NCBI GenBank assembly: GCA_951406725.2
Contig: OX597821.1
Span: 25,792,001-25,856,000, forward strand
Origin: Octopus vulgaris
Lineage: Eukaryota
Direction of reading: 5' to 3'
Length of the DNA stretch: 64,000 bases
Both the position numbers and the translations under genes were made by a program. A model generated the notes under the pieces. It was given only the letters and a program-made list of their open reading frames with translations. It made no database searches and was not told where the DNA came from. Position 1 is the first letter of the stretch. Each line of letters begins with the position of its first letter. Positions 26,054 to 37,220 of the stretch are shown one piece after another.

Positions 26054-28918
26054 TTGCTGAACTTATATATATACCTGAAACCGGACATAGCAGATGCGGA
26101 GTTACACATACCACAGTATGCTGTACTACGGACCGACAGGAAAGAAAGGAGTCATGGAGGTGTTGCTATGTACATCCGTGAGGACCTCACACCCCAGGTC
26201 CTCTTGTCATACTCAAACTCGGTGTGTGACACACTAATTGTACATATTAGGCAACTTGATGTAGTTGTGTGTGCTACATATCGCCCTCCAGATGCCCCAA
26301 GCCATGTGGGCAAGTTCGAAGACTGCCTTATAAAAATAAAAGAAATTCTAACCACATTAGAACAACACATAGGTGTGCTTCTTATGGGAGACTTCAATCT
26401 GCCCAATGTCAGATGGCCCGAGGGCCTTTCTCTCCCAGGAATGACAAGATGTGAACGAGGACAGGCGAGGTCCCTCCTGAACCTCATCAACACCCTGTAC
26501 ATGGAGCAGGTAATACTCCAACCAACCAGGGCAGGTAACACACTGGATCTCTGCTTCACAAATGACATGGATCTCATCCATAATGTGAAAGTGACACCGA
26601 CACTACTCTCGGATCACAACATGATAGAGCTGACCATGTACGGGCCAAAAGAGAGCACGGACATGCAGCCTACAAGAAACCCTCAAAATCTTTCCAGCTT
26701 GAACTACCATAAGGCAAACTGGAAACAAATTGAGAAAGAGATCCTCAAACAAAACTGGCCTGAATGTCTCTCCTCGCCAGACATCGACGTGAAACTTCAA
26801 CAATTCATGTCTGTAATGCAAGCCATATGCTACAAATGTGTCCCAGAGAGAAAGGCCACTGTACACAAGAACAAAATCCCCAGAGAGAGGAAAATTTTAA
26901 TGAGACGGCGTACGAAATTTTCAAATCGCCTAAACAAACAGATTGAAAGCAGTGAAAAGTCCCACCTAAAAATAAAACTGTTGGAAATCGAAAAATGTCT
27001 GCAACTCTCCCATGAAAAAGAAAGAGCAGACAAAGAAGCCTGGGCTATAGAAAACATAAAATCTAACCCCAGAGCTTTCTACAGGTATGCCAAAGAAACA
27101 GCTACAGTGCACTGTAGAATAGGGCCACTCCTTGAAAAGGATGGCACACTTACAGGAAAACCAATGAGGGTAAGTGAAATACTGAATGAGCAATTCAAGA
27201 GTGTTTTCACTCCACCCCTTGGGCATCTCCAAATCACCAATCCAACTGACATTTTTACCACTGCAGATATAAAATCAGAGGCGGCGACGATAGATTACAT
27301 CGATATAAAGGAAGACGATGTAACCAAGGCTATAGATGAAATGAAAACAGACTCAGCTACGGGCCCCGATGGATTCCCGGCAATCCTCCTAAAAGCATGT
27401 AAGAGAGTCCTAGCAAGACCACTGCAGTTCCTCTTTCAGAGCTTCCTTGCAGCTGGCAAACTTCCAGGAAAACTGAAGGAAGGTAAAATATGCCCCATTC
27501 ATAAAGGAGGTAGCAGAGCGGAAGCCAAGAACTATAGACCTATCTCTCTGACCTCACACATCAGCAAGGTCATGGAACGAATAGTCAGAAGGAAGCTGAT
27601 CACCTTCCTTGAAGAGAATGACTTGCTGCCCGACACCCAACATGGTTTCCGACCAGGGAGAAGCTGTTTAACTCAGCTCCTACAACACTATGACTGGGTG
27701 CTGAAACGGCTGCTCAACCACTCAAATGTGGAAGTGATATATCTCGACTTTGCAAAGGCCTTTGATAAAGTCGATCATGGAATGATATGTCACAAACTGC
27801 GTGATCTCAACATAGTTGGAAAACTGGGAGAATGGCTTCATAACTTTCTGAAGGATAGAAGTCAGGTGGTAGTAGCCAATGGGGCCACCTCCATTAACAC
27901 ACAAATAGTGAGCGGTGTTCCGCAGGGCACTGTTCTGGGACCACTACTGTTCATAATGGCCCTCTCAGACATGCCCTCAGCCACGCAGAGAGCCACGATC
28001 ACAAGTTATGCAGATGATACAAAAGTCTCACAGGCAATACAGAACCCTGAGGACACTAAACACCTGCAATGTGAGCTGGACGAAATATACAAGTGGGCTG
28101 AAAAGAATAGCATGCAGTTCAATGCTGGAAAGTTTCAAGCTTTATACTATCAGCATGCAAAACTGAATGCAATACCCAATGAATACACTGGACCCGGAGG
28201 GATTGCAATCCCAGAGGCACAATCAGTGCGTGACCTGGGTATTCACATGAGTGATGACGCGACCTTTCATGTACATGTTGCTAAACTGACAATGAAATGT
28301 AGACGGCTGGCTGGATGGATTCTTAGAACCTTTAGAACAAGAGAACAAGAAACCATGATGGTCCTCTGGAAGACACTTGTCCTAAGCCACTTTGACTATT
28401 GCTCTCAGCTATGGTCACCATCCAGTGTCAAGTTGATCACAGAACTTGAGGTGATCCAACGAAGCTACACAAAGAAGATAGCCTCTATGCAGAATGTAAG
28501 CTACTGGGAAAGACTCAAGAGATTAAAATTATATTCCCTGGAGCGTAGGCGGGAAAGATATGCCATAATATACATCTGGAAGATCCTGGAGGGAAGTGTC
28601 CTGAACTTTGGCATCGAGAGTTACGCAAATGCCAGAACTGGGCGCCACTGCGTGGTGCCTAGGACTCCAAACCTGCCATCAAGATGTAGGACAAGATACT
28701 GTGATAGCCTGGGCTTCCGAGGCCCACAGCTCTTCAATATCCTCCCGAAGAACCTGAGAGACCTGCATGGGGTGGATACAGATGTCTTTAAAATGAAGCT
28801 GGATCTCTTCCTGTCAGGTGTCCCAGATGAACCAACTTCACGGCAGGAGGGGCAGATGAGGGCAGCTGCATCGAACTCTCTCATGCACCAAATAGCAGCT
28901 GCTAGAAAGCCTCCATGA
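26054..28918 (+). CDS. LINE ORF2 (N-terminally truncated APE endonuclease plus reverse transcriptase); the first ~7 codons are flanking DNA
   Basis: Motifs GGVAMYI, YRPP, GDFN, LDL, SDH (APE); [28 protein letters not shown] (RT); LERRRERY C-terminal motif; no stops over about 950 codons. Confidence 0.93.
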   Translation: MLNLYIYLKPDIADAELHIPQYAVLRTDRKERSHGGVAMYIREDLTPQVLLSYSNSVCDTLIVHIRQLDVVVCATYRPPDAPSHVGKFEDCLIKIKEILTTLEQHIGVLLMGDFNLPNVRWPEGLSLPGMTRCERGQARSLLNLINTLYMEQVILQPTRAGNTLDLCFTNDMDLIHNVKVTPTLLSDHNMIELTMYGPKESTDMQPTRNPQNLSSLNYHKANWKQIEKEILKQNWPECLSSPDIDVKLQQFMSVMQAICYKCVPERKATVHKNKIPRERKILMRRRTKFSNRLNKQIESSEKSHLKIKLLEIEKCLQLSHEKERADKEAWAIENIKSNPRAFYRYAKETATVHCRIGPLLEKDGTLTGKPMRVSEILNEQFKSVFTPPLGHLQITNPTDIFTTADIKSEAATIDYIDIKEDDVTKAIDEMKTDSATGPDGFPAILLKACKRVLARPLQFLFQSFLAAGKLPGKLKEGKICPIHKGGSRAEAKNYRPISLTSHISKVMERIVRRKLITFLEENDLLPDTQHGFRPGRSCLTQLLQHYDWVLKRLLNHSNVEVIYLDFAKAFDKVDHGMICHKLRDLNIVGKLGEWLHNFLKDRSQVVVANGATSINTQIVSGVPQGTVLGPLLFIMALSDMPSATQRATITSYADDTKVSQAIQNPEDTKHLQCELDEIYKWAEKNSMQFNAGKFQALYYQHAKLNAIPNEYTGPGGIAIPEAQSVRDLGIHMSDDATFHVHVAKLTMKCRRLAGWILRTFRTREQETMMVLWKTLVLSHFDYCSQLWSPSSVKLITELEVIQRSYTKKIASMQNVSYWERLKRLKLYSLERRRERYAIIYIWKILEGSVLNFGIESYANARTGRHCVVPRTPNLPSRCRTRYCDSLGFRGPQLFNILPKNLRDLHGVDTDVFKMKLDLFLSGVPDEPTSRQEGQMRAAASNSLMHQIAAARKPP

Positions 28919-29009
28919 AGTGAAACCAAGTAGCAACACAAAATGGCGGTGCCCCAGCATGGCCACAGCTCATAAGCTGAAACTAGAATCAATCAATCAA
29001 TCAATCAAT

Positions 29010-29012
<3 letters not shown>
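26073..29012 (+). mobile_element. 5'-truncated CR1/L2-group non-LTR retrotransposon with an (AATC)n tail
   Basis: APE+RT ORF, short 3' UTR with a hairpin, (AATC)n tail at 28987-29012; TA runs on both flanks. Confidence 0.93.
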
Positions 29013-29049
<37 letters not shown>

Positions 29050-29053
<4 letters not shown>

Positions 29054-29265
29054 AATGTGACCATGTGTGTACCGTTGGTGATTTTTTTCCCTCCGTCTTC
29101 CCTTCTCTGGATCTTTCCTTTTCTTAAGTTTCTGACGAAGAGCTCCACTCGAAACGTTAAACCCTCCTTCTTCCCTTCCTTCCTGAGCGTCCAATAATAC
29201 TATATTTGTTCCACGTCCTCGCGTTGTTGTGTTTTCTCTTTGTGTTTTCATGTTTGGATTAACTA
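29050..29265 (+). mobile_element. Penelope-associated short repeat with a minimal hammerhead-like motif
   Basis: gttt-CTGACGA-a-gag-ctcca-ctc-GAAA-cgtt-aaac at 29128-29163; embedded in TA repeats next to a PLE. Confidence 0.55.
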
Positions 29266-29379
29266 TATATATTTTTATATATATATATATATATGTATAA
29301 GGGTGGAAAGGAATATATATATATATAGGTTAGGGTTAGGGTTAGGGTATATATATATATATATGTATATATGTATATA

Positions 29380-29421
<42 letters not shown>

Positions 29422-29699
29422 TATATATATACATATACATATATATATATGTATATATGCATATATATATGTGTGTGTGTGTGTATATATATAACCGAGT
29501 TCATATTTTCTTCTCAAATTTCTTTACGCACTAATACTCTCTCATACACACACACACACACTCTTCTCATACACACACACACACTCTTATGTTGGAGGGA
29601 GGTCATTTAACCCTATTATCTCCCCTAATTTCGCTCTTGCATCTCACGTTTGATCTTTGACTTCTGGCCGAAATCAAATCGCCATGTTGATTCGCTAGC

Positions 29700-29915
29700 C
29701 TCTGCACGCATTTTTTCTCTCCTTCTTTCTGTGTTTCTTCTCTGTGTATCTTTCTGTTGAAGAGCGTAGGCTCGAAACGTTAAAGACTTGTTTTATTTAT
29801 ATTTCCTGAGCGCCATACTAATACAATTGTTTGTTTGTATTCCACCTGCCTTCGTCTTTTGTTTATTTCCGTAAACCTGCCTTTGTCTTTTGTCTATTTT
29901 CATAAAGCTTCCCGT
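29700..29915 (+). mobile_element. Second Penelope-associated repeat with a hammerhead-like motif
   Basis: tcttt-CTGTTGA-a-gagc-gtag-gctc-GAAA-cgtt-aaaga at 29749-29787. Confidence 0.55.
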
Positions 29916-29931
29916 TATATATATGTATATA

Positions 29932-29962
<31 letters not shown>

Positions 29963-29965
29963 GTA

Positions 29966-30007
<42 letters not shown>

Positions 30008-30239
30008 AAGATATATATATGTATATATATATATATGTATATATGCATATATATATGTGTGTGTGTGTATATATATATATAACCGAGTTCATATTTTCTT
30101 CTCAAATTTCTTTACCTATATTGTGTCATGTCTTCGCTATGTTATGAAATATGGAGTTCCAGGCAGGAGAAGGTAATCAGGGATTTTTTCCGCTATATGG
30201 GAGATGATCAGAGATGTTGGGAATGAGTACGCTTGATTA

Positions 30240-32070
30240 ATATAACATGATTTGGTTTAGAAGGAACAGAATGTTACAAGTAGTTTGGTTTTGCTTTATA
30301 TTTCTTTCAATGAGGTGAGTTTTCTTATTTAAAAATGTTAGAAATGATTAAGTTTTGGCTTATATTTTTCAATGAAGTAGGTTTCCTTATTTACTCTAAC
30401 TTGTGTTGGTGTTCCAATGGCACATTGATAGAATGGACAGATTACAAATTTTGGTAGCAGTTGCTTTGCGCATTTCTCAATATGTTCACTAAAGGGTATC
30501 ATTCTGTATTCTGGGAATGCAATCTGTTGTCGATGCAGAGTGCATCTGCATCTGAGCAATAATCCCGTGGACCCTATGTAGTGTTGGCGGCAGCCTGAGC
30601 ATCTTATGACATAAATCAGGTTTTCTGAAGTACAAGTAAAGTCAGATTTGATTTTGAATTTTTGTCACTCCTTGAAGAGGAATTCTGATCCTTCTAGAAG
30701 GTTTGGGCATGTTGTGCAATTTGGTCTACCACATTTTTAAACTTTTGCGTCCGTTATTTTAGAAAACAATTTTGCCTTTGTGAGGATCTTTTTTAGTGAT
30801 TTCGGTTGTTTGTAGCTTTTATTGATTTTATGTGTGTGTAAAATTTCCTTTAATTTGGAGTCCATATGTAGCATTGGTAAATTTTGGGTGATGATGGTGA
30901 AGGCTTCTTTGTTTCTGGGGTTGTATGTCGATATGTACGGCAGTATTTTCAGGGAAGGTGTGTTGCTGTGTTGAACTTTTCTTAAAGTTTCTATGTCGAT
31001 TTCTGTTGCATGTCTGATTCCACCCTCTATGAGTTGAATTGAACTGGGTAGTGTCTGTCAATTAGGGTGTTTTTGAGTTCTTGCAGTCTAAAGTTTCTGG
31101 TATTTTGTTCTGACACTATTGTGCATATCCTTCTTGCAAGGTTGAAGGGGATGTTTGTTTTGGTGTGTCTTGGGTGGCATGAATAAATAGTAGATATTGT
31201 TTGGCGTCTGTGGTTTTGTAAAATATGTCCGTTTCTATTTTTAGGTTTATTTTTTTAATTAGTATATCTAAGAATGGAAGCTCCTTTTGGTTGTACTCCA
31301 TTGTGAACTGTTTGTTTTGGTTGACGCTGCTCAATAGTCTTTTGAATTTCAGGAGTTTATCTGTGTTTTCATTCCAGAGTATGAAACAGTCATCTAGGAA
31401 TCTTTTCCAATTTTCTTTTATGTATTGGGAAAGGGGGTTTCCAAAGGTAGATAGAGATTCCTGATATATTATTACCTCCAGGTAGCCCATTGTTAGGTTC
31501 GCAATGACTGGTGCTGCCCTAATACCCATAGCAATTTCGGATTTTTGTTGGTAAAGCCTATTATCAAACATGAAGTGATTATTTTGTAGGATGAATTTAA
31601 CCAATTTAGTTGTGAATTCTTTACTGATCCTTTTTGATATTTCTTCCAGAAATTGGTCCAGCCAGAACTGAATTGCCTCTAGCCCATAATTATGAGGTAT
31701 ACTGGTATATAAATTAACTACATCAAATGAAACCATGATTGTTTCTTCCTTGACTTTTTTGGAAGGTGATTTAACATATCCAAGTCATATCTGATATGGC
31801 TATTGATGTGTTTAAGGAAGGGTTTCAGGATGATGTCCATAAATAGACAGTCTGTGTGTTTCACAGGCTGCGCCAGCTACAATGGGTCGTAGTTTTAGGT
31901 CCCCCGGGTTTTGTGTATGTATGTACATCTTTGGTGATTTTTTAATTGTTTTATTTATAATCTGGCTTTTGTGTATTTTTGGTAGACCATAGAAAAGGCT
32001 AGGTTTGCATTTAAAGTTTGTTAGAAAGTCTGTCTTTTTGGTTGTCAGTTCATTTCCATGGGTTTAATTA
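30240..32070 (-). pseudogene. Decayed Penelope-like element (RT plus GIY-YIG endonuclease)
   Basis: FYGLPKIH, LRPIVAG, SFDVVNLYTSIP, IAMG, RFLDD, LPFLD; CxxC linker; NLIYVIRCSGCRQHYIG at 30568-30622; frameshifts and stops. Confidence 0.9.
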
Positions 32071-32851
32071 TTTTTTGCGGGATCTAGTTTGTGATTTTTT
32101 CATAATGTTGACTCTCATTGAGCATATGAAATAGATTACACCAAATCTAAAGATCACCCATACACTAAGAACAGAACACACCAACAACGTCCCAATACCA
32201 GGCATAACCACCCCATGACAACATAAAACAACACTAGGATAAGAAACACACCACATTTCAGTGTCTTTTCTTTAATTTTTTTACCACCATGCTGACCATG
32301 ATTGTTTTCTTATCTCCATTAGCAAAAGAGTTATATACCTCTGGCCAGCAGGTTTGATGAGTTGCCTATATTGCCAAGAGCAATAATAGATGTGAAACCA
32401 ATGGTAACTTTCTAACTGGTTATTGCCATTGTGTATGTCCGACACTGCTTGATAACCAGCGTTAGCTTGTTTACATCAGCATAACTTAGCGGCTCAGTAA
32501 AAGAGACCGATAGAAGAAGTACCAGGCTCTTAAAAAATGAATACTGGGATTAATTTGTTCGATTAGAAGCAACTATAAGAAATCCAAAAGCTTTTTATCA
32601 AAATTTTACAAAAGAGAAAAAAGAATAGCACATACAACAACCACGAGCAGATTATTGTTTGAATTTATATCAAAAATTTTGAGTTAAATATGTAATCTTT
32701 ATATCTGCAAAATTTTCTTGAGTCCAAATATATGTTTGTTTGTGGTATCTACAAATTTTTGTGAAAAATAATAAATAAAATAATTGTCCAGCATTGCGAT
32801 CTGATTGTTATCTAATGTTATGAACTTTTCTTCTTGAATTAATATATATAT

Positions 32852-33249
32852 AGGCGCAGGAGTGGCTGTGTGGTAAGTAGCTTGTTTACCAACCACATGG
32901 TTCCGGGTTCAGTCCCACTGTGTGGCATCTTGGGCAAGTGTCTTCTGCTATAGCCCCAGGCCGACCAATGCCTTGTGAGTGGATTTGGTAGACGGAAACT
33001 GAAAGAAGCCTGTCGTATATATGTATATATATATATGTGTTTGTGTGTGTGTTTGTCCCCCTGGCATTTCTTGACAACCGACGCTGGTGTGTTTATGTCC
33101 CCGTTACTTAGCAGTTCGGCAAAAGAGACCGATAGAATAAATACTGGGCTTACAAAAGAATAAGTCCCGGGGTCGAGTTGCTCAATTAAAGGCGGTGCTC
33201 CAGCATGGCCGCAGTCAAATGACTGAAACAAGTAAAAGAGTAAAGAAAG
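32852..33249 (+). mobile_element. Full-length SINE family B
   Basis: tRNA-like head with B box ggttcagtccc, CORE-like catcttgggcaagtgtctt, internal microsatellite, tail ggcggtgctccagcatggccgcagtcaaatgactgaaac. Confidence 0.9.
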
Positions 33250-33387
33250 TATATATATATATATATATAATCATTACAGATATAGGGTGAAAGATAATTA
33301 ATTTAATAAAATCAACGAATTTCACCTAGTAGTATTTCGGTATGGAAAAGGACCATAATCGGTAAAAACTTATACAAAAAGTTTTTT

Positions 33388-33596
33388 TATATATAAATAT
33401 AACAATAAGGGTTTAGCAACAAGTTGCTTGACCACATACCGAAAAAATTTTAGAAATAGCAGCCAAAGGACTACTATTTCCTTTTCCCACAAAAATATGT
33501 CTCCACAGACAACAATATTTCTGCTATTTCTAAAATTTTTTTGGTATATGGTCAAGCAACTTGTTGCTAAACCCTTATCGTTATATTTATATATAT
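33388..33596. repeat. Foldback inverted repeat (arms about 75 bp, spacer about 58 bp)
   Basis: 33388-33462 is the near-perfect reverse complement of 33521-33596. Confidence 0.9.
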
Positions 33597-33629
33597 ATAT
33601 ATAAAAGAAATTCCATTGTAAAATATGTG

Positions 33630-33965
33630 TCATGCACAGACATAGCTGTGTGGTAAGAAGGTTGCTTCCTAACCAAATTGTTCTGGGTTCAGTCCCCTTA
33701 TGTGGCACCATGGGCAAGTGTCTTCTACTATAGCCTTGGGCCGATGAAAACCTTGTGAGTGGATTTGGTAGACAGAAACTCAGAGAAAAAAGCCTGTCGT
33801 ATATGTGTGTGCTTCTTTCGGATTTATGCTTTTTACATCCACCACATTGTTCCGGGTTCAGTCTGACTGCGTGGCACCTTGGGCAAGTGTCTTCTACTAT
33901 AGCCTCGGGTCGACCAAAGCCTTGTGAGTAGATTTTGTAGACGGAAACTGAAAGAAGCCCATTGT

Positions 33966-34056
<91 letters not shown>

Positions 34057-34540
34057 TATAGATATATATATATATGTATATGTTTCTGTCCCCCCAAAAT
34101 CGCTTGACAACTGATGCTGGTGTGTTTACGCCCCTATAACTTAGCGGTTCAGCAAAAAAGACCGATAGAATAAGTACTAGGCTTACAAAGAATAAGTCCT
34201 GGGGTCGATTTCCTCAACTAAAGGCGGTGCTCCAGCATGACAACAGTCATACGACTGAAAAGATATATATATATATATATAAAGATATATCTACACACAC
34301 ACATATATATATATACACACGTGTGTTTTTGTCTATGTTCGTCCCCACCACCGCTTGACAACCAGTGTTGGTATGTTTATGTCCCCGTAACATAGCGGTT
34401 CGACAAAAGGGACCTATAGAATAAGTACCAGGCTTATCAAAAAAAAAAAAAATGAAGCACCAGTGTCGATTCATTCGACTGAAAATTCTTGAAGGTGACC
34501 CAGCATAGCTGCAATCGAATGACGAAAACAATTATAAGAA
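33630..34540 (+). mobile_element. Cluster of nested or partial SINE family B copies
   Basis: Heads at about 33630 and 33840; tails at about 34220 and 34500. Confidence 0.8.
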
Positions 34541-34792
34541 TGAAAAAATTATTTCTTAGAGTGGTGCGTAGATCGACAGAATTGCTACATCAGTATTTTT
34601 TAATTTTCTGGTTCTTTATGTTCTGAGTTCAAATCCTAGCGAGATCAATTTTATTAGTCATCCTTCCAAATATTGTTGAACAAACTTTCAGTTTTAATAT
34701 ACTTTCCCCGAAAGATTGCCGGAAATAACAAATCACTAAATTTCCCAAACAAACAAAATATTGCTTCGAAAGACATAATTAATCATATTCTT

Positions 34793-35208
34793 GGATCTTT
34801 TCGGTTTGAACGGCAGTTTTTAACCATAATTTCTTGGTAACTGAAAAATGTTAAACTTCGTATACTGGTAGAATGTGTTTATAAAACATCTTTTTCTCTT
34901 GGCTTTATTGAGAAAATTTTATTGTTTGTAAGATATTTGTTGTTTTTTTTCTTCAATTTCTGAAATTTCAACCAATCACTGACGTCTATTAAGGTAAAAA
35001 ACATTCTGCGCCGTATGAATATGTCTCGTTTAAGAAACAGATTGGTTTTATTTACATTTGTGAAGTAAAAAAGATACCCTTCCCCCCAGCCCTAACCCTA
35101 ACCCTAAAACAGATTGAAATGCAATAGATCGATACTAGGGTCATAATTATGGGTGACAATTTCATATGACACCGCTAGAAAAAACTGCCGTTCAAACCGA
35201 AAAGATCC
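34793..35208 (+). mobile_element. MITE family M, copy 3
   Basis: TIRs; perfect TSD ATATTCTT. Confidence 0.95.
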
Positions 35209-35714
35209 ATATTCTTTTTTTCTGTTTTAAGTATAAAATAGGTAATTGCATTATATAGGTTTTATGCAATACAGAATGTTGGGGCGAAACTTCTTAAACA
35301 GTTTCGGGCAGTACACGGTACATCAAATATTTTTTTGAGTCAACCAATATTTCCTTGTTTACGTTGCCTATGCAAAGTCATTACTATATTGAATCAAACA
35401 TTACTATATCACATAATTTCATAATTTATACAATTATATATTTTATTGGTTGAAGATATTGAATAAATATACATATTTGGAATATTGTTTGTTTAGAAAA
35501 GTTTAACGACGTTCGTTTTTCGTAAATTAGTAATATTCTCTCATTCTGGTTCATGCGTTTTCTTTTGAGTTTACAGCTATAGTAGGAAGGATCGCCTTTG
35601 TTCTTTTATCTTCTCATTGTTCAAAATATTTTGTATTCGGTTCTTCTGGTTTAAAAACTATATTTTCTTTTAATTCTGGTTTCAAAAGAATTCATATTCT
35701 TAAAATACAACATA

Positions 35715-36033
35715 TATTTCTTTACTACCCACAAGGGGCTAAACACAGAAGGGGACAAACAAGGACAGACAAACGGATTAAATCGATTATATCGACCACA
35801 GTGCGTAACTGGTACTTAATTTATCGACCCCGAAAGGCATGAAAGGTAAAGTCTACCTCGGCGGAATTTTCTCGGAGTACAACAGGGGTGTCCCCCCCCC
35901 TGCCGGAGGCTAGTAGAGCTCTTAGGTGTTTTCGCTCAATAAACACTCACAACGCACGGTCTGGGAATCGAAACCGCGATCCTCCGACCGCGAGTCCGCT
36001 GCCTTAACCACTGGGCCATTGCACCTCCACCTA
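35715..36033 (-). mobile_element. Chimeric SINE: tRNA-Arg-like head of a third family joined to a family A 3' half
   Basis: Head ggtgcaatggcccagtggttaaggcagcggactcgcggtc...ggtttcgattccc; single 13-bp TSD aaaatacaacata. Confidence 0.75.
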
Positions 36034-36744
36034 AAAATACAACATAACAGAATCAATAATTACGTTAGTTGTTTCCAAGCATTTTTACCCTCTAGGATCT
36101 TTTAAATTAGCCGTGATTTTTGGCTTATTTTATTAATATGTAAATAATTTCTGAGTGTATCGTTAACTCAAAACAAATATATGAACCCACTATTTTACAT
36201 TTCCGAGATCTAACAGGACGAACTTAGGCACTGGAGGTCAATGTAAATGGAAAACTACCTTATCATACATAATTATAACTACAGGGTCTTCGTTTTTCAA
36301 AGTTAATCCGTTGATATCTTGTTAAGCTGTATGAAAGTTTACAGCGCATGGCCCTACTTTGTTCTGGCTATTTAATTAAATATTTTAATCAAAGGATCTG
36401 TTTTTATCTGAATGTCTGCAGCAACAGTAAATTCCATTTCAATATTTTTTTGCCAGAGAGTAAAATCAGAAATTCGTCAGCGCCTTTACAGTTATTGCTG
36501 AGATCAAAATACTGATTTTTTTCCCGACTACTCCGATCGATAAATTTGTACTAACACCCCCACCATTCTTTACGGTCTACAAGTTTGTTTGATTATTTCA
36601 TGCATGGCGTTCAGTAACGCGTTCATATTTTTCGTTCTTTTTCTGTTTTTCTGGAAGAAATTGGGAGTTTTTCTCTTCCACTGTCCGTGAAGGTGATAAC
36701 TGAATGTTAGTGTTAACCTGTTTCACACATATCAGTTATAGATG

Positions 36745-37204
36745 CTATTTCTTTACTACTCACAAGGGGCTAAACATAGAGAGGACAAACAAGGACATAC
36801 ACACGGATTAAGTCGATTACATCGACCCAGTGCGTAACTGGTACTTATTTAATCGACCCCGAAAGGATGAAAAGCAAAGTCGCCCTCGGCGGAATTTGAA
36901 CTCAGAACTTAACGACGAGCAAAATCCCTATTTCTTTACTACTCACAAGGGGATAAACACAGAGAGGACAAACAAGGGACAGACAAACGGATTCGACCCC
37001 GAAAGGATGACAGGCAAAGTCGCCCTCGGCGGAATTTGAACTCAGAACGTAACGATGAGCGAAATCCCTATTTCTTTACTACTCACAAGGAGATAAACAC
37101 AGGGAGGACAAACAAGGGACAGACAAACGGATTCGACCCCGAAAGGATGACCGGCAAAGTCGACCTCGGCGGAATTTGAACTCAGAACGTAGCGGCAGAC
37201 GAAA
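36745..37204 (-). mobile_element. Trimeric SINE family A array
   Basis: Units 36745-36927, 36928-37067 and 37068-37204. Confidence 0.9.
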
Positions 37205-37220
37205 ACACACAAATAGTTAC

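Noticed and set aside
26152-28992. Antisense and alternate-frame ORFs within the LINE
   Set aside because: Shadow ORFs of the ORF2 coding frame
33370-34110. 246-aa minus-strand ORF and other ORFs with NPLTR/HLPK/FGVDKL motifs
   Set aside because: Read-through of SINEs, microsatellites and a foldback
35940-36030. tRNA-Arg-like gene
   Set aside because: No proper acceptor stem; continuous with a SINE body and enclosed by a TSD
36745-37204. CRISPR-like repeat array
   Set aside because: Units are tandem SINE copies without unique spacers, in a eukaryotic context
37176-37220. N-terminal extension of the CA-like ORF in the ORF track
   Set aside because: Non-ATG start within SINE sequence; the ATG at 37221 precedes the signal peptide
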